64,000 nt of DNA from Podarcis tiliguerta. Lineage: Eukaryota. Below, piece after piece: positions 49,176 through 61,285 of the stretch (positions are counted from its first letter, which is position 1; every line of letters starts with the position of its first letter). The translations under genes and the position numbers were made by a program. Location: assembly GCA_965153285.1 (NCBI GenBank), contig OZ229118.1; one strand, given 5' to 3'. Under the pieces are notes generated by a model. It saw only the letters and a list, made by a program, of their open reading frames with translations. It made no database searches and was not told the DNA's origin.

Positions 49176-49351
49176 CTCTTATATGTTTAATGAAAAATGC
49201 GTCCAAATACACTTTTCCATCCACATTGTGTTGTGATTAGTCAGCTATATGCAACCGGATCAGGGCAGGGAGTTGGCCTGATTGACCATTTTTACACCCT
49301 TGTCATCGCAAAAAACATTTCAGAAAGGGATGCAAAAAATAACCACAAGAT

Positions 49352-49482
49352 NNNNNNNNNNNNNNNNNNNNNNNNNNNNNNNNNNNNNNNNNNNNNNNNN
49401 NNNNNNNNNNNNNNNNNNNNNNNNNNNNNNNNNNNNNNNNNNNNNNNNNNNNNNNNNNNNNNNNNNNNNNNNNNNNNNNNNN
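49352..49482. other. Assembly gap (131 N)
   Basis: Run of N. Confidence 1.
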
Positions 49483-49908
49483 TCGCTTCGGATTAGAATG
49501 AGAAATAGGATTATGCTAGTTAAAGTTGCTGGTTAGGAGGGTGATCACCCATTTGCAGAATAAGGAAACATCAAATCAATCCAGATAATAACTAGGAATA
49601 TTTGTGGTCTAAAATGGATAGTCTTATGGACTAAGTAATAGAAATGAAATGAGATTTAATAATACAAATTAGAAGAATATTAAAAAAGTCTTTGGGGGCC
49701 CTTGGGAGCTAATAATGAGCATTTTTGTTATCTGCTGGGAACTGGAAGCTGGGAGCAACAGGAAAAGAGGAGACCCAGGGTCTTGGTTAATCACAAAAGG
49801 ATTATAAGCTATAACATTATAAAAGCAACAAATACATTTCTATGATGTGTTAAGCATAACAATTTCAGTAGAAATTGGAAAATATTAATACCTCTGTTTA
49901 ACACACTG
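49483..49908 (+). mobile_element. Old CR1 ORF2 (RT) fragment
   Basis: Degenerate MLVK(F)A.., atgagatttaat (MRFN), gggtcttggttaatcacaaa (GVLV.HK), atattaatacctctgttt (ILIPL.) occur in CR1 RT order. Confidence 0.6.
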
Positions 49909-52900
49909 TTTTTCCAAACAGTATCAAGCCATTCAGGAGTGGGGGAAATGTTCCGCAATCTTTTGCATCCCTTTAGCACCTAAATTCTGGACATGTCTGG
50001 TTAATTGGAAAATCTTGATTACTGACTTCATGTGATAGGCAGTGAATTGTTTATAGCAAACCAGCTGCTACAAAACCTGTATTGGGACTGAATTTGTGGC
50101 ATTGGTGGTATGACAATGACTCTTGATTGTGATGGACTAATTTTCTTACCAGTCAGGTAGGAGTTTGATACTAAACTACTTATTTGACTTGTTATTCGCC
50201 CCAAATGAGAAATATCAATTAATAAATTTACTAATGTAAAATCTAATCATGTTGTTCCTACATGATATGGCTCCCTAAAACGTAAGATAATATGTAATTT
50301 TCACTTGAGACTGCAACTGTCACAGATGCAGCAAAATCTAAGTATTTCTGCATAGGCATGTCCCTTATGTATGGCTCCACAGATCTGTTTGCTAGGAAGA
50401 GGGTCCCTCCTCAGTGCCACAAGAAACTCTTCTTCCCATTTCCCTATTCGGGGGAGAGGTAGAAAGGTTTCTTATGTTATACAGCTGAACTCTAGAGCAA
50501 GCAGAAGTGATTTTGCTACCTCAGGAACCCAGAGTATTAAAAAGAAATTCACCTCACTACTCCATGCCCCTGAGCTTTGAAGCAGATAGAAGTAGTGTGA
50601 GAGACCTGCCACTTCTAAAGCTCAGCATAACATGAGAGAGGCTTGTGCTTCTTTCCACCAAATTATCTTCCATGCACAAAGGATGTGGTGGAGTCAATGG
50701 TGACCACCATTTATCGCTTACCTGGTAACCCAAAGCAAAATTTGTGGATCCCTAATAAAACAACTTTTTGGAACAATTCCCCAATCCCCCCCCCATAAAA
50801 TGGTAATCTGACACTGAAAGCCTTGAGCTATCCTTTGTCAACAAATGCTGTATTGCAGTGTTATTTAATCACATTGGTTCTCAATTTCTATGCATAGCAA
50901 CCCCAACTTGCAAATCTTTATTTACCCCAAATAATTGTTTCTACTCTTTTTCAACATCCAGCTTACTAAATTAAAATTTACCTTGTGGTCATATAAGCAA
51001 TAAGCAAAAAACTGAATGTGAGCTGGCTGCTAAATAACAGCACCCTACCAGCAAGAGTTATACATCATGCAGGAGAGGACCTTTTCCATGGGGATGCCCT
51101 ATATGTGGAAAACCATCCCGTCAGATGTCTGGCTGGCACTGATCCTGTTTATATTCCAGTACCAGCTTAATATATGGCTGGTTTAGTCAACCGTTCATGG
51201 ATTATTAATTGTTCAGATTAGAAGTGCAACCATTCCTTAGTTGTTATGCTGTTCATTGATTTTTACTTGCTTTCTTGCTAGTATTAATTGAAATGATTGC
51301 TTGCTTTTATTGCAATTTTATTGTACCCCACCTTGGAATCATTACTATGACGACAGGTCATAAATACTCTAAAGAAACTATATATGTGGTTGCAGTTTCA
51401 ATTTCTCCTGGGCAGTTTGTGGATTCATTATAAAATTTAATATAGAGATGTAATGTCAAGGATGTGGTCTGTTATTTAAAATAAATATGTGAAGTTCCTT
51501 TCTCATCTCCACAACTCTCTGCAAAGTGCACCTCTCAACTTTGCCTATTCCTTCTCCCAACTTTTTTTCCCTTCTTAAATTTCTCTCTCTGCCCCTTTCC
51601 TTTTTTCATCATTTTACTCTGCTCCTCTTCCACTACTACCCCATGACAGCCTCCTGCTTCCTTCTCAGAACCCTTTTTAGGACCCCACTTCTTTTTTCCC
51701 TCTCTAGTTCTTTGTATCTGCCCCATTTCTGTGTAGGATCAGAGCAGTGCAGCCAGTGGTATCTGCCCTGACCCTTAGTGACATTAGGGAAGCTTCTTGT
51801 TATTTAGTGCAATACAGATGTTCATGAGATGGAAAAAATATTGCCCACTCTAGCGTACTGACACAAAATGGAGTTTATCATCAAAGCCATGATGCAGTCT
51901 TAAAAAGAAACTAGTTTTATATTCTAGATATTCTATCTCCAGTGTTACTATTTATTTTACTATTTCATCTTCAACCAACAAGCTTTAAAACAACAAAAGC
52001 AACCACCGCATTTTACTTGCATGACAAGGAGTTTGGAGACACACACATGCTAATTGGCTTGATCCTCATTATTTGAAATTAAAATGTCATACTTTCCTTG
52101 GGAGAAGGTGATGTTGCCCTGGTACTTGATAGCCAAATTAAAATAATTGGGTCGTTTTAATTTTGCCTGTCTATATTTTATAACTCTGATTGGATAATAA
52201 ATTTCTTAATACTTCTGTATTATTTGGAAATAACTGGGTATAGAGATTATAACTTCAAAGTGATTATGACTGGAATTTTTTCTAGCTTTTGGGGTTTCTT
52301 ATTACTGGTTTTGCTTTAATTAGTTTAAAGTAAAGATGTGATTCACTATTATTAAAGTGGACTCTGACTTTATTTATTTTACATCTTTCATATAGAATAT
52401 TGATGAACAATATATTTAGTCAGGTAATATTTTGAAATATTTGAGAATTATTTTGGTCATATTTAGTTTCTCTTCAGGATACAGATCCAAAACAGAACCT
52501 TTCCAGTAGGCTTAACTTAACTGTATAATATATAAATAATATAGAATAGGAAACTATGAAAGCAGATGGATGTTTGAAAATGGACCTTGAAGATGATACT
52601 GTGACATGATCATAGGAACTAAGGGGTGGGGGGATGAATGTAGTGGAGACGTTCTGAATTGACAAGAGGCAAGACCAACATGCAGAATGTTATAGCAGCT
52701 GAGATGAGGTGCTGTTGTTGCATGAGCAAGAGGAGAGCCAGGATAAATATCATGGGTTTACAATTGTCTCTGTTGCAGTCCTTTAATCCAGTTATGCAGG
52801 CATGTCCACATGGCAGCTGCTTGCTGCATTGGTGGAAGAAAGAGTCTAGAGAAAGGCAGGTCCTCATACTCTCCTGTGCTCCAAGCAGGATTCAGCTGTA

Positions 52901-52993
52901 TAGGCTACTCACCCTTCCTTAAGACCCCTGTTGGGACTGGTTTGAGACACAGGTTGAATGCTATGTATGCACCTGGTATGCAGTAAAGGAAAA

Positions 52994-53118
52994 GGGCTGT
53001 AGCTAAGTATGGGGCATGGAGAGGCCTCCAGGTTCCTGGCATCTCCATATAGGACTAGTAAATATCTGTTTCTCAAACACTGGAGAATGCTAGTCAGGTT
53101 CTTATACTTCCTATGTTC
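52994..53118 (+). mobile_element. Deleted copy of a Squam2-like SINE
   Basis: gggctgtagct...ccaggttcctggcatctcca...aaacactggaga...cttcctatgttc, the same layout as 48989-49175. Confidence 0.5.
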
Positions 53119-53899
53119 ATGTAGTGATGTAGATTTGATGAATATTCATAAAGTGGGTTTCATCCAGGTAGTGCAGGAAATACCGTAGCTGTGCTGAAAT
53201 AGTACATTTGATAGACCTTTTCAAACAAAACAAGGACACATATAAACAGATTAAAAAATGCATCTGGAAATGGTGTGTTGTGGTTTCTAGGACTGTGGGC
53301 CAGAGCATTGTGCATTTTTAAAACTGCAAAGCCCTTTAAAGCAGTTGTACGCTTCTATTTTTACTGGACTTTTTAGATACTGTACTGCAGTATTGTGGTG
53401 CAGTTTTGTACTTTTGCTTGTGAGCAAAGCAGATGAGTGTTTATGGTGCAGAGTATAGAATTTAGAAATAACTGTGGAAAGGGGAGAAAAGTGATGTAAC
53501 TCTTCAACAAACCGTGCACCATGCGTAAAAACAAACAAACAAAAAACCTTGTCTTCATTTACACGGAACAAATTCAGTGGAGGTAGTTTGAATTTCTTCA
53601 AAGGAGAGACTTGTGCAAACTGCTTGCCCAAGAAAAATGGCTAGTGTGAGGTCTCTGGATCATTACCTCCCTGCATTCTGGCCCAAATATTCCGTCATCT
53701 TCTGGATAGATGTGTGTGTGTCATTAATGCTAATGAGAATTAAGCACACATGGAAAAGGCAAGTGGATCCCATCCTTTCTCTCGCGCATTCTGCATTCCT
53801 TTACAATGCAAAACCTGGAAGTCCTTGATCGCTGCTGGATGTGTGAAAATGCTGCAGGACCATAGATGCTCGCAACATGTTTGTATTAATCACATCTCG

Positions 53900-55150
53900 T
53901 TATGGCTGTCTCCATCTCGACTGGAAAGCTGCACCCGAGAGGCATCGTTTTAAGAACTGACAGTCGTGTGGCATGTTCCTTCCTATCCCCGGTTTCAGGG
54001 ACTTCTACGAGGCACGCAAATGTGGAGAGCAGCACGGGCTGCTACAATTTCAGTCTTGTCAGGATAAAGATTCTTTCCCGACAGTCCAGGAATTGAAGCG
54101 CTCGGAAGGAAGTAAATCTTTCCATCTAGATGTATAACGCAGACTCGGGGATTTTTTATTTTTTAAGCGCCCGTCATGATCAGCCACATTTTATGCTCTC
54201 TCTTTTTTTTGAACTGCCATAAATAAGATATAATAACTCCTTTCCAAATCTTTAAGGCTTAATGTGCTGTCTTTGGAAAAGCTGCTGTTTTGATGCTGCT
54301 CGTCAGCTTGGCAGCCTAGGCTGGCTTGTGTGTTTGTGTGTGTGTTTGTGTGTGCAATACGATCAAGGGGGGGGGGAGGCACTCTGGCGTGGTACGTGCC
54401 GGGAACAGCGACAGAGCGCGAGACATTTGTGGCCATCAGAAGTGATTTAAGAATCGCCCGAGGAAGCGGGGAGGCTGTGGCGAGCCGCGGCCTCGCAAGG
54501 GTTAAGGGACGCCTCGCCCGCCCTCCTCCCCCCGCCTGGGTGTAAACAGAGGAGCCTCAGCCTATCATGTCTGATTGCTGCTCGGTGCCTGAAGAGAAAG
54601 CCAGGCTCGGTAACATGATACATTCTAGACTGGTTCAACTTGGAAGCGCTGCGCTCGGCTCGTCGCGCCCAGACAGCGGAATCGCCGCCACGGGAAGGTG
54701 GGTGACTGCGAAGCGACCCTGTTGACCTTACAAGCCGAGGCGGGATAAAGTGCGATTTCTCACCTCGAGTGGAGCCACTTAGAAAGATTTCAGGCAGAAC
54801 CGCCAGCGCTGCTCTAGGTAAATGTAGCGGGGTTTTCCTCGCTCCGCTGCTGCTGCTGCTGCTTTTCTGTACATCGCTTGCTCCGGCGTTGCAATGGGAG
54901 GGAGGAGGCTCCGCTTCTCTTTGAATCGGTGCGGAGAGGCTATGCTGGCGTTTGAAACGAGGTGGCTTTTTTTAACCCCTCAAGGGCTTGAGCTGGCGAA
55001 GGCACAGGCTGAACTTTGCAGATCGCTCTGCCTGCCAGATGCAGTTGCAAGTAGCTGTTCTCTTGCGAGCGAGCCTATTGTCCTTAACAGCACTTTAAAT
55101 TTCATTCCTGGGCGAGGATGGGGTTCCGTCTGCCTAGATTGAAAGTCACA
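53900..55150 (+). promoter_or_regulatory. CpG island, probable promoter (possibly an internal alternative promoter)
   Basis: Only CpG-dense non-TE segment in the window, densest at ~54380-54960. Contains GC-box-like cgcccgccctcctccccccgcc (54515-54536), forkhead TGTAAACA (54541-54548), RCGTG motifs (54387-54398) and downstream splice donors. Confidence 0.8.
54549..54817 (+). other. Candidate first exon (start approximate) with alternative donors after 54697 and 54817
   Basis: AAG|gtgggt at 54698 and TAG|gtaaat at 54818, inside the CpG island. ATG at 54567 opens a 52-codon ORF ending TGA 54723-54725. Confidence 0.45.
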
Positions 55151-56577
55151 GTAATTCCTTTTCGAGCTTTAGGAGTACCACGTTTCGCCATCCTTGCCTT
55201 TTGATGTAGCTCAGATTTTACGCAGGACTCCTCCAGGCTTTTGGACTTGATTAGTGCAAATCTACCGTGGCATTCTGAAAGGGCAGGGTATAAAATATTT
55301 CTAATTATGGAATCACCCGCTTGTGAGAATAGCAGACCTCATGTATGGCATTGGTTAGCAGGCTGGCTTTTCTTGAAAAACAAAGTCCATAACGACAGAG
55401 CTAACTTTATAACTGCAAATGTAGTGTAGCTTAAAACAGCATGAAAGCAGGCTGGATTGATTTAGAAATAATTGTTAAATGTTTCCTGTAAACTCAGGAT
55501 TACTCTTTGACATTTATTACGGTATCTGGAAAAAATAAGGCATATCAGAGTTGCTGTAAACAGTTGCACATTCCAGTGCTTTTTATTTATAATTCTAGCT
55601 CCTTTTCTTTCATATAACTAATACATGATATACACAGAATATATGACTGTGTTACAAAGTCATTCTGTGTTCTTAGAGCTTAATATAATCAAATTCATTG
55701 CCTAAAGATGGTGTAGTTGAAGATTTGATCCCTTTCCACTGAAGTGGAAATACTTTCAGTAATTGAAAGCAGATTCATGTCTGGAGTTCTACAAGCCAAG
55801 GTTTTCATTTTCAAAAATAAACCTTTTGTTCTCCAACTTTAAATGTTTGAGTGAAGCATCCAGAGACCACTGTTTGCTTATTGTCTAATGTGGTAGTTAA
55901 GAGCTATTGGAAATACTTTAAGGGAAATGTTTATTAGAATTCCACTTATTTTGGACAATTCTTGGGTTTAGCTTCACTATATATAACATGTTAAAATACA
56001 GAATGTTTTTTATGAATTCTGTTTTTTACATGCACATTCCATATTTCATGCACATTCTGTTTTTACATAAGCATACAGTGGTGGCAGTTAATACATTTCT
56101 TCAACCTTTAGCTAATACTTCAAGCTGATTTCAAAATTGAGATGCGGACTGGATCTTGAGGAACTTTGAAGGGATAGTGGTCTACCTCACCAAACAAACC
56201 TGGACAGCTGCTCTTTGTTAACTTTGTTTCCGTTTTCTGGCTATCTTCAAAAAAATTCTTTCAAGAATGCTTTTAGTCAATTCAGGAATAGTTGGGTGGG
56301 AAATAGACATTGTGGACCTTCAGGCAAAGACGGATCTGCTACTGACCTGGTGAGGAAGTAGAAGACAAGGGAGATAAATAGTAGGACCTGCCTTACCCTT
56401 GTAGGCCCTTTAAACAGCAAAATAAATTGACTGAAATTATGTGAGAAAAGTTCCCAAGGATTGGAACATCCAGCACTGCATACATATCTGTATATAGCTT
56501 GTACAGCATGCACAGCATATCATTTGTATTGATTGCCTGATGGAATGAGTCAGTGTTACCTTTTGATCTTTTTACAG

Positions 56578-56589
56578 ACTGCCATTAAG
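56578..56589 (+). other. Candidate 12-nt microexon ACTGCCATTAAG
   Basis: Acceptor cttttgatctttttacag and consensus donor AAG|gtgagt. Confidence 0.35.
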
Positions 56590-58664
56590 GTGAGTCAGTA
56601 AATGTGCATATTTGTATTAATGATAATGTAATTGCTCCTAAAAACCATGGGGTGGCCTGTCTTGTTCAATTTTTGTAGATTTTTGAAATCACTTTGCAAA
56701 ACTATTGAAAACTATAAGAAAAACACTCAGATGTATATATGTTAATTCCACATTTTTTATGTTTATAATATTTTAAGTAAAGCTATTATACTTTTTAAAA
56801 TAATTACTTGGCTCGTTTCAGAAAGATGATTGGGCTAATTGTTACATAGTGCAGTTTCCTTTTTCAGATAATTTCATAAATTAGCAATTCACATTACAAA
56901 TTTCTACAATTTTGAGGAGGGAAGCCTATGCAGATCTTTTACTTAATTAGTTGTTCGTTATTATTAACACTAAAAGTTTTTGTTTTGTTTTCTTTCCCAG
57001 TTCAGATTTGGACACAGAAATTTAAAGTAATTTCAGTTTAAAGTGGAAAGAATTTCTCTTCTGAAGTGATAGTAGCTGTCTAAATACAGTGATCCTGATA
57101 ATTAATGGTGTATGACAGATTACATGCTTTATGCCAGGTATTCAGTTCTTTAGAAGATTCACAAGAGAAGGGTTGCTAAGCACCCATCACTACTGCAAGT
57201 AATGTAAAATGACCCAAATTAAAGAACCTATTCAGAGCTGTATTTTTGCATTTGCTGAAGTGCATTTCAAAAGATTTAACAAGACTTATACAATTAGCTG
57301 AAAAAAGACCCCTTTTCAGCTATGATCAGCAATTAAAGGATCAGAATACAGAACTTCACATTTTGTTTATAACTTTTCCTTTTCCTTTTCAGCCCATTCT
57401 TTGAACTAAACAATGGTGACTAGCAAATTTAACCAACCTTTCTAGAAATAAATGCGGATGCCGTGTATATACAGAATACGATAGCCTGAATTCGTTTCCT
57501 CTGAATGGGAACTTTGGAACTTTGTTTTCCTTTTCACTGTATAACAGTTTTTTATGAGCACAACCCACTGTAAAGTCTTTTTGAGACCTGTTTGAGCCCC
57601 ATTGAAATGAATAAGAGCAGCTCAAGAACAGGACTAGAAGGAGTAACTGGAGATTTGCATCTTGTTTTTGCAGCAACATACAAGCCCATTATTCTTTTAT
57701 TAAGGGCTCCATTTAAATATTTCTATACAGAGAAATATGTACAAATTGCAAATGAATTGCACTACAGCTTTAGTTTAAAGGCCTGTTGATGGGAAATTTT
57801 GATTATGTTTGTTTCCCAACCTTTTTTTAGGCCTGCGTCCTAATGAGCCTCCTTTTTCTGAAAATAGGAAACTGAATCGAACCTATTCAATAGTTGGATT
57901 ATAAATATTCACAATATTTAAAGCAAATTTAATTAACCTTTCAGATTTTCATTACTTACTAAGTGCATGAATTAACAGTGCATATTTTCTCTTTTTTTGT
58001 AGAAAGATCTGTGCATCAAAATGGTCAGATGCATTCTGTTTAGAGTTGTAAGTGCAATATGGCAGAACAGGCATAAGTTCACAGTGAGCAGTATTAACTC
58101 CTGTGTTTCTTTTATTTAAGGTTCTTGCAGAAGCTGCTCTCCATTTTGAACTGTGTAACTTGAAAACTTGCATATGCAAAAGTGTTGCCAATGAAGGGTA
58201 TCAGACTGGATTGTAATTTTTATTCTCCAGAGTCATTATGCAACAACTACCCACACCCAAGCCTTTAGACAATATCCCCAAAAAGCAAGGTGGGAACACC
58301 ATTATAAAGTCACGTGAAATAGGTGGAGCTTCAAATTTGGATCATAAACATAGAAAAGTATTTAGGGATTCTTATTTTTGCACAACACAGATGTGCACTT
58401 ACTTTAGTGGTGTTTATTACTGAGTGAAATATATTTAGAATAAGGATGATAGTAGTTGATTCGTGTGATTTCAGTAGGACAAGATTGGTGTGTCAATAAT
58501 ATATACTTGTTTTTAAAAGTGGTACTACAGATCTCCACAGTACTTTGTGAATGGACAGCAGTTTCACTTTATAAGTTTTATAACGATAAATGACATGGCT
58601 TTCTACCAATTTTAATTATTTTATTTTAAATGTACGGGGTAACCATAAAAAAAAAAACATTTTC

Positions 58665-58752
58665 CAGTGCAATCCTATACACGTCTATGCAGAAGTAAGT
58701 TCCACTAAGTTTGGTTAGGCTTACTCTCAGGTAAGTATGTATAGGTTTGTAC
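58665..58752. mobile_element. Old hairpin MITE-like repeat
   Basis: gcaatcctatacac...gaagtaagt / gcttactctc...gtatgtataggtttgt symmetry. Similar degraded copies near 9436-9517 and 9590-9665. Confidence 0.5.
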
Positions 58753-59744
58753 CCTTAATCCTGGAGAAACAGGTGTAAGTAATTACAGACAGATCTAGAT
58801 CTTTTCTCACACACCTCCACACACAGTTTTTGGTACTACTTTTTTCTTTAAAGAGCAGCTTTCCGCCCCCGCCCCCCGGCTATGCACAATGCTTTTTAAA
58901 CATTTTCTGAAGTTCAAAAATATTTGGGTAGGAGGCAATCATTTGTGAAAGGAAGGCAGGTTGGCTAGATATTAGAAGAAACCCACAGGTTTATTAACAC
59001 ATTCTAACTTAAATGTTAGCTCAGTGACCATGTTGGTTATGCTGCTGCAAAAAGTGAAAAAGGAAGTGAACTTTATTTTTTTTATATTGCTGATTTTAAT
59101 GTCTCCTTTTTCATTGCATTGATTTCACCTCTTTATTTAGTAGTTCTTGGGTTCTTTTTCTATCAGACTTTGCGGACATTCATTTAATAATTCAAGCTAG
59201 TTAAAATTTGATTGAAAATTATTAAGCTGCAACCCCTGCTGGGTGTATGAAATTAGTCATGTGGCACACTGGTTTGTACTATAATTTTTTAAGAACCCTG
59301 ACTAACAGGGTTTGTTTTTTGTATGTTGAAAGAAAAAGATTTACTAAGAAAGTGAGAAGCAAGTGTTATAAAGCCTTTTGCAAATGGGTACATTTTTATT
59401 TTAGACAAAAGAAATAAATGTATCTGTCCTGCAAAATTCAGTTTTAAAATGAACTTTTTATTGAAAGTAGCCATGTCCAAATTGTTTGTGCTAATTTTTT
59501 GCAGAACACCTCTTTCAGTCATAAACTGATTTTAAGAGGAGGGGAATGTTGCCCAGGGAGCTGTAAAATGTAGTCTGGAAGACTTTTAACACTCTTTCTT
59601 TTTAACTAAAACAAAATTGCCTTATGTAACACAGTTAAGATAGTTAACCTTTTATAATTATTTAACCATTATTTCATTAATGTTGCCCTCTGCTTAAATG
59701 TTATACATTACTGCAAAAGACACCTGACCGTGCTCTTAAAAGTT

Positions 59745-59911
59745 NNNNNNNNNNNNNNNNNNNNNNNNNNNNNNNNNNNNNNNNNNNNNNNNNNNNNNNN
59801 NNNNNNNNNNNNNNNNNNNNNNNNNNNNNNNNNNNNNNNNNNNNNNNNNNNNNNNNNNNNNNNNNNNNNNNNNNNNNNNNNNNNNNNNNNNNNNNNNNNN
59901 NNNNNNNNNNN
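59745..59911. other. Assembly gap (167 N)
   Basis: Run of N. Confidence 1.
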
Positions 59912-60309
59912 GCATATCATCAGTAAAGTGACCTTGATAGAGGTGGAAAAAAACATTTGGCCTTTTTTTTAATGACAGCCCCCTCCCCCCGCTTGGTTTA
60001 CCACTGCAACAGATTTCATCATATAGTTTTATCATCATCTTCTCTTTCTGTTTTGAAAGCTGATTTCTTTCTGTTTGAAAGCTGATCATAACTCATCAGT
60101 CAGTTTTTCAAAATTTAGACGGACATTTTACTGATGATGGTAGATTTTAGTACTTAAAGGTTTAGCCTATTGTTTGACAGATATGGAAATACACTTCATT
60201 AAATATTAAAGTGACCCGGCTAGCTGACCAGCCTATATCTTCTCTTAAGGATCTTTTAAAGATAATGGTTATTTTCTGTGCAAAGGACCAGCTGCTATTC
60301 TACTTCCCA

Positions 60310-60558
60310 GAGAGCCAGTGTGGTGTAGTGGTTAAAAGCGGTGGACTCGTAATCTGGTGAACTGGGTTCGCGTCCCTGCTCCTCCACATGCAGCTGCTGG
60401 GTGACCTTGGGCTAGTCACACTTCTCTGAAGTCTCTCAGCCCCACTCACCTCACAGAGTGTTTGTTGTGGGGGAAGAAAGGAAAGGAGAAGCTGCTTTGA
60501 GACTCCTTCGGGTAGTGATAAAGCGGGATATCAAATCTGAACTCTTCTTCTCTTCTTC
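60310..60558 (+). mobile_element. tRNA-derived CORE SINE (Squam3-type)
   Basis: gagagccagtgtggtgtagtggttaa (A box), gggttcgcgtcc (B box), CORE-like gctgggtgaccttgggctagtcac, L2-like tail and (CTT)n end. Confidence 0.88.
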
Positions 60559-61169
60559 CCTAGATTTAAAAAAAAAATATTAATATGAAGAGTAAGTTAC
60601 CAGCTTCAGTTTTAGCTGGTGATGTAGCTGGTGTATGAAACAGCTTACTTGGACTTGGTTCAAGTCAACAAGAACTGAGGCTGTTCTAGATACTATATGT
60701 AAGTTTTCTTGATTTGAATAAAACTTAAAGTTATACATATTTGACAGGACCTCTTCCAAAATTCACAAGTAGTTATGGTGGCTTTATGTATTCTTCGGTC
60801 AATTCAGTCAGTAAATGCATTTAGAAAATTGCTGACTGATTGAGTGAATTCCCGTGAGGACTTCAACCTCTGAACTGAAACTTTGGATATTATGAAAAGT
60901 TATTTGAAGACTATCATTGCAATACAAAATCACATTTACTTAGAAGTAACTGACATGGAGTATGATTTGATCAAGTTAAGAACTTTTAAATGCTATCATT
61001 TCTCACGTTAAGCACATGCATAACTCCCTCCCACTGAAATTCATTATTGATATTAATTGCCTTTTAAAGTTCAGGTCTTCGGACTTTAGTTATAATTGAG
61101 ATCAGTCACAACCAACTTTTTAAAATTTAAAATGTCTGTTGACCAGCAGTTACCACAATTAAAATCACA

Positions 61170-61285
61170 CAAACCTACCTCGCAGGGTTGTTATGAGGAT
61201 AAAATGGGGAGGAGGGGAACTATGTATACCACCTGAAGCTCCTTGGAGGAAAGATGAGATATAAATGTAATTAAAGAAATAAATT
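61170..61285 (+). mobile_element. 3' half of an older CORE/MIR-like SINE
   Basis: acctacctcgcagggttgttatgaggataaaatgggga...gctccttggaggaaag..gatataaatgtaa. Confidence 0.65.

Noticed and set aside
49197-49536. ORFs with poly-X (also 59708-60089)
   Set aside because: Artefacts of translating through N gaps.
51525-51730. Pyrimidine-rich tract with Leu/Phe-rich and Lys/Gly-rich ORFs
   Set aside because: Low-complexity DNA without periodicity or splice context.
54567-54725. Assigning a gene symbol from the MSDCCS start
   Set aside because: Resemblance to a known N-terminus (MIGA1-like MSDCCS) stops after six residues, which is insufficient to name the gene.
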